Origin: Eledone cirrhosa
Taxonomy: Eukaryota
DNA: 64,000 nucleotides
Direction of reading: 5' to 3'
NCBI GenBank assembly: GCA_964016885.1
Contig: OZ024740.1
Span: 17,174,001-17,238,000 of the forward strand
Below are positions 40,268 to 50,594 of this stretch, in pieces (position 1 is the first letter of the stretch; each line of letters begins with the position of its first letter). The notes below the pieces were generated by a model, which saw nothing but the letters and a program-made list of their open reading frames with translations, was not told the origin of the DNA and made no database searches. The position numbers were made by a program, and so were the translations under genes.

Positions 40268-40890
40268 GCCTGCACACGAACATCAATGTTACATGGCAGT
40301 GAGTCATGGGCATTGTGTGCAGAGGATCTGCGCAGACTGGAGAGGAACGAAGCTTGCATGCTCCGCTGGATGTGTAATAGTAATATACGTGAACGGCAAA
40401 GCATAAATGAACCAAGTGAGAAATTAGGAATAAGAGGGATCAGATGCTGTTTACTCGAGAGAAGACTACGTTGGTATGGTCATGTGATGCGCATGAAAGA
40501 CGACAGCTGTATAACAAAGTGCAGGGTGATCAAGATAGATGGAAGTTTCGGAGTAGACAGACCCAGAAAAACCTGGGACGATTTGATAAATTCCGACCCT
40601 ACACACTTACACCTCTCCAAGACATTGTCACTAAATAAATGAGGTCGTGTAGGTGTCACAACAAAAAAACCACACAGTCCATGCTGTAATGTGGCCGTGT
40701 AGGTAACACGGTAAAAACCTCCCAGTCCACACTGTAAACGTGGTTGGTGTTAGGAAGGGCATCCAGCCGTAGAAAACCTGCCAGATAGTCCTATACGAGC
40801 AAGACAACCAATCTTGCCTCACGTGGGACAATTCCCGTCTAAACCCATGCTAGCGTGGAAGATAGACATTAAACGATGATGATGATGATA
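40268..40890 (+). mobile_element. RTE LINE subfamily 1, 3' fragment with an internal deletion
   Basis: ORF 40166-40642 contains MLHGSESWAL..RRLRWYGHVMRM..RPRKTW; 3'UTR and (GAT)n tail follow; starts in (TA)n. Confidence 0.92.
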
Positions 40891-40911
40891 AATATACATA
40901 CACACATCACG

Positions 40912-40919
<8 letters not shown>

Positions 40920-40971
<52 letters not shown>

Positions 40972-40995
40972 TATATATAATATATATATATATAG

Positions 40996-41026
<31 letters not shown>

Positions 41027-41058
41027 AATAAATATATATATAATATATATATATATAG

Positions 41059-41112
<54 letters not shown>
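40920..41112. repeat. Complex (TA)n tract between two tail-to-tail LINE copies
   Basis: Direct reading. Confidence 0.95.
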
Positions 41113-41116
<4 letters not shown>

Positions 41117-44100
41117 TCATCATCATCATCATCATCAACGTTTAACGTCCGTGTTCCATGCTTGCATGGGTTTGGACGGGGGTAGTCCCACTTGAGGCAA
41201 GAGTGACTGTCTTGCTCGCATAGGACTGTCTGGCAGGTTTTCTACAGTTGGATGCCCTTCCTAACACCAACCACATTTACAGTGTGGGTCTGGGAGGTTT
41301 TTACCGTGTTGCCTACACGGCCACATTACAGCGTGGACTGTGTGTTTTTTTGTCGTGACACCTACACAATCTCATTTGTTTCGGCCTGGATGGCGCGGCA
41401 CCAACATAACTTTACATAGAACGGGGTGGTGTGGATGGGGTGGTGGTGGTGGGACGGGGTGTATTTTGTTAGAGATGCCTACTGGCTGGAGTAGGTTTTA
41501 CTATATATTTAGGTAAGGCGGGTTTTCTCTGTTACTGAGTACCGCCAAAGGTCTCGGTCCAGTGACATTGTCTTGGAGAGGTGTAAGTGTGTGATGTCGG
41601 AGTTTATCAGCTTGTCCCAGGTTTTTCTAGGTCTGCCTATTCCGTGACTACCGTCTATCTTTATTGCCCTGCACTTTGTTATACAGCTATCGACTTTCAT
41701 GCGCATCACGTGTCCATACCAACGTAGCCTTCTCTCGAGTAAACAACATCTGATCCCTCTTATCTCTAATTTTTTCCTTAGTTCGTTTATGCTTTGCCGT
41801 TCACGTATATTACTGTTACACATCCAGCGGAGCATGCAAGCTTCGTTCCTCTCTAGTCTGCGTATATCCTCTGCACACAATGCCCAGGTCTCACTGCCAT
41901 TCAACATTGCTGTTCGTATGCAGGCATCGTACAACCTGCCTTTCATTTTTAGGGAGAACCCTTTAGCAGCTAATAGTGGTATAAGCTCTCTGAACTTTTT
42001 CCAACCAGTTCTGACTCTAGCTACAGTACTTTCAGAGCACCCTCCCCCACTGCTGATTTTATCGCCCAGGTAACGGAAGCTGTCCACTATTTCTATAGAA
42101 CCCTCTGCGCAATTGAAAGAGCTAGTATTTTCTGTTACTGAGTACCGCCAAAGGTCTCGGTCCAGTGACATTGTCTTGGAGAGGTGTAAGTGTGTGATGT
42201 CTGAGTTTATCAGCTTGTCCCAGATTTTTCTAGGTCTGCCTATTCCATGACTACCGTCTATCTTTATTGCCCTGCACTTTGTTATACAGCTATCGACTTT
42301 CATGCGCATCACGTGTCCATACCAACGTAGCCTTCTCTCGAGTAAACAACATCTGATCCCTCTTATCTCTAATTTTTTCCTTAGTTCGTTTATGCTTTGC
42401 CGTTCACGTATATTACTGTTACACATCCAGCGGAGCATGCAAGCTTCGTTCCTCTCTAGTCTGCGTATATCCTCTGCACACAATGCCCAGGTCTCACTGC
42501 CATGCAACATTGCTGTTCGTATGCAGGCATCGTACAACCTGCCTTTCATTTTTAGGGAGAACCCTTTAGCAGCTAATAGTGGTATAAGCTCTCTGAACTT
42601 TTTCCAACCAGTTCTGACTCTAGCTACAGTACTTTCAGAGCACCCTCCCCCACTGCTGATTTTATCGCCCAGGTAACGGAAGCTGTCCACTATTTCTATA
42701 GAACCCTCTGCGCAATTGAAAGAGCTAGTATTTTGTGGGCACTTGCTGCTACTTATTGCACCAGAACACCGGCCACATGTAAAATCTATGTTCTTAGTTA
42801 GCTTACCTGTGATCCCACTACATCTTTTATGCACCCATACTTTGCATTTAGGACATAAAATGGAGTTTCTACCTACGCCTTTCCTACACACCGAGCACGA
42901 CTATTTCCCAGAAGGGACTGCCGCCTTGTTTTCTTTCCTACAAACTAGAACTTTGGTCTTAGCCAGGTTAATTTTAAGTCCTTTTGACTCTAGGCCGTGC
43001 TTCCATGTTTGGAATTTCTTCTCTAGCTCGGCCATTGATTCCGCTATGAGTGTCAGGTCGTCTGCGTATAGGAGTTCCCATGGGCAGCCTGTCTTGAACT
43101 CCTCTGTTATAGCCCGAAGGGCAATAATAAATAGTAGCGGGCTGAGAACAGAGCCCTGATGGACGCCAACTTTTACGCTAAACTCTTCACTATATTCGTT
43201 ATTAATTCTAACCTTGCTGACTGTTTCTTTATACATGGCTTGTATCGCCCTCACAAGCCATTCGTCAACGCCTAGTTTTCTAAGAGCCCATCAGATAATG
43301 GAGCGGGGGACTCTGTCGAAGGCTTTCTCCAAGTCGACAAAAGCTAAGTAGAGGGGTTTACCTTTAGCTAGGTACTTCTCCTGTAGTTGTCGTACTATGA
43401 AAAGAGCGTCTGTGGTACTTTTGCCTGACACAAACCCGAACTGCATTTCATCTAGGTCAATTCTCTCTCTGATTAGTTGCGCTATTACTTTTTCCGTGAC
43501 CTTCATGACCTGGTCGATTAATTTAATGCCTCTATAGTTACTCCTATCTAGGGCGTCTCCTTTACCCTTATAACAGTTAACGATGATGCTGCTATGCCAG
43601 TCCTTCGGAACAACCCCATTCTGTACGACTTGGTTAACTATGCGGGTGACCATGGTGTGTCCCACCGTGCCAGATGCCTTCAGCATCTCAGCAACTATTT
43701 CCGAAGGCCCAGCCGCCTTACCCGTCTTCATATCCTTGATTGCCTTACTTATTATACTCCCCTCGACTAACACTGCTGGTCCCTCTATTGGGTCGATATG
43801 GGGGAGACTGTCTTTTTCCCATTTATTCTCCTCATTTAGTAGCCTTTCATAGTGACACTTCCAAGCTACCTTCTTATCAGTGTCGGTGATGGCAAGTATG
43901 CCATCATCGTTAAGTACACACTTCTCCCCGACAATATCACGGTTTTCCTTGACGCATTGCCTAGCAATCCTGAACACCTCACGTTTTTGGTCATCGCGTT
44001 GTAGAACATGCTTGAACTTTCTTTCCTCAGCTTCCCTTCTTGCTAAGTACACTTCTCTCCTAGCTTCCCTCCTGGCCACTTGATAGTCTACTCTACTTCC

Positions 44101-44120
44101 CCCATCCCGCCATACTTTCC
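41113..44120 (-). mobile_element. RTE-clade LINE subfamily 1, 5'-truncated (~3 kb), ~390-bp 3'UTR, (GAT)n tail, inserted in (TA)n
   Basis: RT motifs KGKGD..SNYRGI, QFGF, FVDLEKAFD, GVHQGSVLSP, LLYADD, FRYLG; TA runs on both sides; no endonuclease domain present. Confidence 0.97.
41509..44120 (-). pseudogene. RTE reverse transcriptase ORF remnant: one frame, two nonsense codons (43291-43293, 42901-42903), PHD-type finger, duplicated C-terminus
   Basis: ORFs 43291-44079, 42901-43254 and 41509-42891 are in the same frame. Confidence 0.95.
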
Positions 44121-44134
44121 ATATATATATATAT

Positions 44135-44340
44135 AATCATTTAACGTTCATTTTACAAGCTAGCATGGGTTAGACGGGTTGTCCCATTAAAGGTAAGTTG
44201 GGTCAGATGGTCTCATATAGAACTGTTTCTGGCTAGGTTTCTACTGCTGGATGCCCTTCTTTAAACCAACCACATTTTCAGTGGGTGCTATTTGTCGTGC
44301 CACCTACATAACCACTTTACAGTGTCAGCTGGGTGCTTTT
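44135..44340 (-). mobile_element. RTE 3'UTR/SINE-B long-tail fragment
   Basis: TTTAACGTTCA..GCTAGCATGGGTTAGACGGG..GGATGCCCTTC..CCAACCAC. Confidence 0.8.
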
Positions 44341-44369
44341 ATATGTGTATATATATATATATGTATGGA

Positions 44370-44703
44370 GGCACATGGCTTAGTGGTTAGAGCATTGGCC
44401 TTGCAATCGAAAGGTTGTGAGTTCAATTCTCAGACCGGGTGATGTGTTGTTTCCTTGAGCAAGACACTTTATTTCACATTGCTCCAGTTTACTCAGCTGT
44501 AGAAATGAGATGATAGGGACTGGGGTCCCTATCATTCCACTGCAAAGTGGTCGTGGAGGTGCCATGGCAAAAAAGCACCCAGCACTCACTGTAAATGAGG
44601 TTGGTGTTAGGAAGGGCATCCAGCTGTAGAAATCAAGCCAGAATCAGTTCCCGTCCCATCCTTGCAAGCAGGGAAACAGCAGACGTAAAATGATGATGAT
44701 GAT
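44370..44703 (+). mobile_element. SINE family B, full length, short tail
   Basis: Near-identical to 23044-23384; inserted in (TA)n. Confidence 0.92.
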
Positions 44704-45066
44704 ATTTATATATATAGAATAAGAAAATGCGAAGTAGTTTCAGATGTTAAAGTCCTTTAATGATAATGCTGCGATACATATTTCAATAACAACAGTGGCC
44801 ACACTCTTCGGTGCACCCAGTGCCATGACATCAACAAGGGAACGGACAAGGTGGATATTCTTGAATCCTTCGCCTGTTCCCTTGTGTGTTTATATATATA
44901 TATATACACTGTGATGAGTGTCGTTACTCCTGTACAGGATCATCAGAACAAGCTGGCTGATCCTGTCAGTAAATAGTTGACACTCCTGAGTAACATTACT
45001 TAGCCATAATGAAGAATATCTAAACTATACTTTGTTGTCAATATCATACATTTAACAATCTATTGT

Positions 45067-45252
45067 GAGGGTGAGGTGCTGGTGTTAAACTGGGTGGGTG
45101 AGGTTGTGGTGGTGTTAAACTGGGTGGTAGACTTAGGGTGAGGTGCTGGTGGTGTTAAACTGGGGGGGGGGGGTAGACTTAGGGCGTGGTGGTGATGTTA
45201 AACTGGGTGGTAGACTTAGGGTGAGGTGCTGGTGTTAAACTGGGTGGTAGAT
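45067..45252. repeat. Short minisatellite, ~30-40 bp unit GGGTGAGGTGCTGGTGTTAAACTGGGTGGTAGACTTA, about 5 degenerate copies
   Basis: TGTTAAACTGGG recurs five times. Confidence 0.85.
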
Positions 45253-45524
45253 TGAAGGTGGATGGATATTCAAGGTTTGGACCATATATATATATATTAC
45301 TAAACGTCTGTGGTTGCTTGCTTGTCTGTAATGTAAAACAGCCAAAAGGGCGCATAATGGAAAAATACTTTGAAAGGAAGTTGACCCTGAAATGGGAAAA
45401 CAAATGGAATAAAACAAGTTTCGCATAAATAGGACCACGGGTTCCCGAGATATGGGTTTTTTCTGGTTACCTTCATAAACAGAGAGAGACATAGCGAGAG
45501 GAGACAGAGAGCTGGTGGTGGTGT

Positions 45525-45573
<49 letters not shown>

Positions 45574-45835
45574 TTGTGACCAGTGTGTATAGATCACAGA
45601 CACATACATATATATATGTATACAAACACACGCATTTATATATATACAGACACACACGTATATATATATATATGGGCCTTCCAGTTTCATTTCACATTAT
45701 ATACATGTCTGTGTATATTTTAATTATTTAAAAATTATTTTTAAGTAAACATGATTTGAAGTGAACGTAACCCAACGGGTCATGGGTGGTCTAGTATATA
45801 TATATATCATCATCATTTTACGTCTGCTTTTCCCT

Positions 45836-46667
45836 GCTTTCTCTCTAAAAATGAAAGGCAGATTGTATGATGCTTGTATACGAACAACAATGTTACATGG
45901 CAGTGAGACATGGGCATTGTGTGCAAAGGAACTGCGCAGACTGGAAAGGAAGGAAGCCTGCCTGCTCCGTTGGATGTGTAATAGTAATATACATGAACAG
46001 CAAAACATAAACGAACTGAGAAATTAGGAATAAGAGGGATCAGATGCTGTTTACTTGAGAGAAGATTACGTTGGTATGGTCATGTGATGCGCATGAAAGA
46101 TGACAGCTGTGTAAAAGAGTGCAGGGCGATCAAAATTGATGGAAGTTACGGAGTAGGTATACCCAGAAAAACCTGGAACGTCATGATAAAATCCGACCTT
46201 GCTCACTGAGACCTCCTCATTGGATCGAGATCTTTGGCGCCACACAGTAATACAGAAGACCCACCTTCCCTACAAACAAAGTTAACATACAGTCAGTAGG
46301 TCCCTCTTAACCAAATATACACTCCACCCCACTACCCCTACTCCATCCTCCCACTTCCACCAGCACCACCCTTTCTCTGTTGGTACCACAATATCCAGTC
46401 CAAACTAAAGTGGTCATGTAGGTATCACGACAAGTAACACAGTTCACACTGTAAAGTGGTCGTGTAGGAGACATGGTAAAAAGGCACCCAGTCCACACTG
46501 TAAATGTGGTTGGCGTTAGGAAAGGCATCCAGCCGTAGAAAACCTGCCAGATACAGTCCTATACGAGTGAGACACGGTCGCCCAACCAATCTTGCCTCAA
46601 GTGGGACAACTCCCGTCTAACCCATGCTAGTGTGGAAGATGGACATTAAACAATGATGATGATGATA
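45836..46667 (+). mobile_element. RTE LINE subfamily 1, 3' fragment
   Basis: FSLKMKGRLYDACIRTTMLHGSETW..., frameshift near 46020, full 3'UTR and (GAT)n tail. Confidence 0.93.
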
Positions 46668-46875
46668 TAGTGTAGGTAATTCAGTGAATTAATGGGGTGG
46701 TACCAAAACAAGCACTCTATGCACAGGCAGAGTATATATATTAGAAAAAAAATGAAGAAGATTTGTTTAGATGTGTAAGATTTTTTTTATTGTGTATCGA
46801 CCAGCCTGAAGACAGGTCCATAACTCCTCTGTGTGACCCTGAGCCAATCCTCTGTGGAATACGCGTAACAGGTCG

Positions 46876-48742
46876 ATCATCATCATCATCATCATTTTAC
46901 GTCCGCTTTTCCCTGCTTGCAAGGGTGGGACGGGTCTTATTCAGCACAGCATCTCTCCACTCGTCACGGTCCCTCGTCATCTCCACCGTGAGCTTCAATG
47001 ATCTGAGGTCTGTTCTCACCACCTCCGCCCATGTTTTTCGTGGTCTACCTCTACTACGTCTTCCTTCAACTGGCATTTCCTGGCACTTCTTCACCCATCG
47101 GTCATCCTCCATGCGCATCACGTCCATACCACCTCAGTCTCCTCTCCCGTACACTACATTCTATCCCCCTCAGACACAGTTTCTCTCTCAACACATTTAT
47201 GCTGGGTCGTTCACGCACATTTACACTGCACATCCAATGGAGCATGCTTGCCTCATTTCTCACCAGCCGTCGCATATCCTCTGCGGTTGCTGCCCATGTC
47301 TCACTACCATGCAGCATCGCGCTCCTCACACAGGCATCATACAACCGGCCTTTCGTACGCAGGGAGAAACCCTTCTTCGTCAACAGAGGAAGCAGCTCCC
47401 TAAACTTCTTCCAACCCGTCCTTATTCTAGATACTATGGCCTCGGAACACCCTCCTCCCATGCTAATCTGATCTCCTAGGTACCGGAAGCTATCCACCAC
47501 TTCTATAGCGCCCTCTCGCATTTGAAAAATGTGTCTATCAGTGCGACTTCTACTGTCTAATTTCCCTGTACATCTACTGCATACATATTTCTCCCTACCT
47601 GTTAGTTTGCCTGCTATCCCGCTACATCTCTTGTGTACCCAGGATCTGCATTATGTGCATTTTATAGAATTTATGCCAGTTCCTTTTCTGCATATCGAAC
47701 ATGGCCATTTCCCTGACGGAATCAGGGTTTTGTCCTCTTTTCTACTCATCAACACTTTTGTCTTAGCTAGATTTACTCTCAGTCCTCTTGCTTCCAACTG
47801 CTGTTTCCATAGCCGGAATTTATTCTCTAGCTCCTCTACTGATTCTGCTATAAGAGCCAGATCGTCAGCATAGAGAAGTTCCCATGGACAGCCAGTCTTA
47901 AACTCCTCTGTTATGGCTTGGAGGACTATAATGAACAAGAGCGGGCTGAGGACCGAACCCTGATGTACTCCTACTTGTATCTGGAATTCCTCACTAAACT
48001 CCATTCCTTCCCTGACTTTACTGAGAGTACCTCTGTACAAAGTTTGCACTGTCCTCACAAGCCATTCCTCAACACCTAGCTTCCTTAGGGACCACCAGAT
48101 GACAGATCGGGGCACCCTATCAAAGGCCTTCTCTAGGTCAACAAAGGCTAAGTATAGTGGGTTATTCTTCTCTAAGAACCTCTCTTGCATTTGTCTCACC
48201 AAGAAGAGGGCATCTGTTGTACTCTTCCCAGGCACAAAACCAAACTGCATCTCATCTAGTTTGACCCTTTCTCTAATTAGTTGTGCTAAAATCCTTTCTG
48301 CCACTTTCATAACCTGATCTATCAGTTTTATACCCCTATAATTGCTCCTCTCCAAAGCATCCCCTTTACCTTTGTAGCAATTTATGAGAATACTGCTGCA
48401 CCAGTCTTTGGGTATGACACCACCATATATAGCCTGATTGATGATGCGTGCAACCAGTTTAGTGCCTACGTCCCCTGATGCCTTCAGCATCTCAGCAACT
48501 ATTCCCGATGGTCCGGCCGCCTTACCATTTTTCATTTCCCTAATCGCCTCTTGGACCCTATATTCGTCAATCTCAATAGCTGGTCCCTCTGTCGGATCTA
48601 CCAAGGGTAATTTCTCTCTCTCCCATTCGTTCTCCATTTTCATCAATCTCTCATAATGACATTTCCAGGCCTCCTTTTTCTGGTCATTCGTGACACTAAG
48701 TACACCGGCATCATCCCGGACACATTTATCTCCAACAACATC
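46876..48742 (-). mobile_element. RTE-clade LINE subfamily 2, 5'-truncated, no long 3'UTR; RT pseudogene (stop at 47651, frameshift ~47120)
   Basis: Same RT motifs as subfamily 1 but clearly diverged; ORF ends KTRPTLASREKRT* directly before (GAT)n; TCGAT at both ends (46873-46877, 48741-48745). Confidence 0.96.
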
Positions 48743-49172
48743 GATACGCAATAAAAATCTTATACATGTAAACAAAACTTCCTCGTTTTTTCCAATATCA
48801 TCATCATCATCGTTTAATGTCCATCTTCCACGCTAGCATAAAAATATACCCATTTATAAGGAATTATGTCAGACCTAAGAAGATCCCGTATGAGGAATTA
48901 AGAGATGTTATATTTAGGATTTTGGTACAAGACAAGTCTAGCACACAACTTTAATGACACGATGTTGATAAAAAGTTTTTTTTTTTATTATCTCTTTTTT
49001 ATTATCTCTTCTAAATTAAGTGGATATGTCTCAGACTGAATGTATTTCACTAAGGTTGAAGTTAAAACATAACCAGAGATAATACATGTCTATCTTATCT
49101 CTTCTTTGGGGATTAAGTATGGCACATACCAGTAATATATTGGGTATCATTATGATTGTCATTATTTAAAAA

Positions 49173-49590
49173 AAGGGCCGTGGATTGGCAGTATCGGTAG
49201 AGAGTCGGACACCATGCTTTGAAGCATAGTTATGTCCCTTTCTGATCTGAGTTCAAATCCCGCCGAGGTTAACTTTGCCTTTCATCCTTACAGGGTCGAT
49301 AAAGTACCAGTAATGTACTGGGTAATTGCTGGCCTTGTGCCTAAAATAGAAACAATTATTTAAAAAAAGGGCGGTGGATTGGCAGTATCGGTAGAGGGTT
49401 GGACTCCATGCTTTGCAGCATAGTTACGGCCCTTTACAGTCTGAGTTCAAATCCCGCCGAGATTAACTTTGCCTTTCATCCTTAAGGGGTTGATAAAATA
49501 AAGCACCAGTAACGTACTGGGGTCGATTTAATCGACTTTCCCCTCCCCTTTAAATTACTGGCCTTGTGCCTATACTAGAAATCATTATTT
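49173..49590 (+). mobile_element. Two tandem full-length SINE family A copies
   Basis: Each starts AAGGGC.GTGGATTGGCAGTATCGG; ATTATTTAAAAA occurs before, between and after the copies. Confidence 0.92.
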
Positions 49591-50172
49591 AAAAATACTC
49601 TACTTTTTCCAATCTTCAACACAACTTTCCTCCACTTGTTACATTACTTCATCATCATCATCATCATCATAACCATCATCATCACCACCACCACCACCAC
49701 CACCACCTCCTCCTCCTCTCTGAGGTTCAGTATGCTCTGATCCTATGTGGTCTACTGGATCAGTGCTAACCTAGGGTTCAACAGCAAGTCAACACTACAT
49801 CACAGTATTAGAAAAATAACATTCCTACTAAAAGATTGCTTAATGAGAAGTGAGACCACTAAACTCTTCCCAACACACACACACAAACATACATCAACAC
49901 ACACAAACATACATCAACACACACACCATCACTACACATACAGTTGGTGAAGGGGTAAATTGTAGGGAGTTATTTTTACTGAATGATGTAATTTCTTGGT
50001 TTCCTATGCCCCTACCAAATGCACCTCTTTATCATGTCAGGTGTGTCACCTCCCACTATCTCGGAAGCAGGGAGGTGGTGAGGGTAGAAGAGTGAGTGAT
50101 GGTTAGGGTATCTAAAATGGGAGACTGCCCTTAGTAATAGCTATGAAGGTCAAACATTAGTATGTCGGAAGT

Positions 50173-50502
50173 AATGATGATTGTGGTGATGATAATGGTG
50201 GTGGTGGTGGTGGTGGTGTTAGTTGTAGCAATGGTGGTGGTAGTGAAAATTGTAGCAATGATGGTGGTGGTGGTGGTAGTTGTAGCAATGATGATGATGG
50301 TGGTGGTGATAGTTGTAGCAATGATGGTGGTGGTAGTGGTGGAAGTTGTAGCAATGATGGTGATGATGATAATGGTGGTGGTGGTGTTAATGACTGGTAC
50401 TGGTGATAATGATCACCGTGGTGGTGATTGTGATAATGAGGATGATGATAGTAGTGGTGGGGGAAGTGATGACAGTGGTGGGGGAAGTGATGACAGTGGT
50501 GG
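50173..50502. repeat. (GGT/GAT)n tract with a repeated GTTGTAGCAATG motif
   Basis: Direct reading. Confidence 0.85.
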
Positions 50503-50594
50503 GAAATCTTTTCCATAATGTAAATTAACACCCTTCTATAAATTTGTGTAAACTAAAGAATCTGTGGCGTTCATGAAGCAAGGTTCTATTATAA

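Noticed and set aside
41699-48656. Plus-strand ORFs overlapping the minus-strand LINEs
   Set aside because: Antisense shadows of the RT coding frame.
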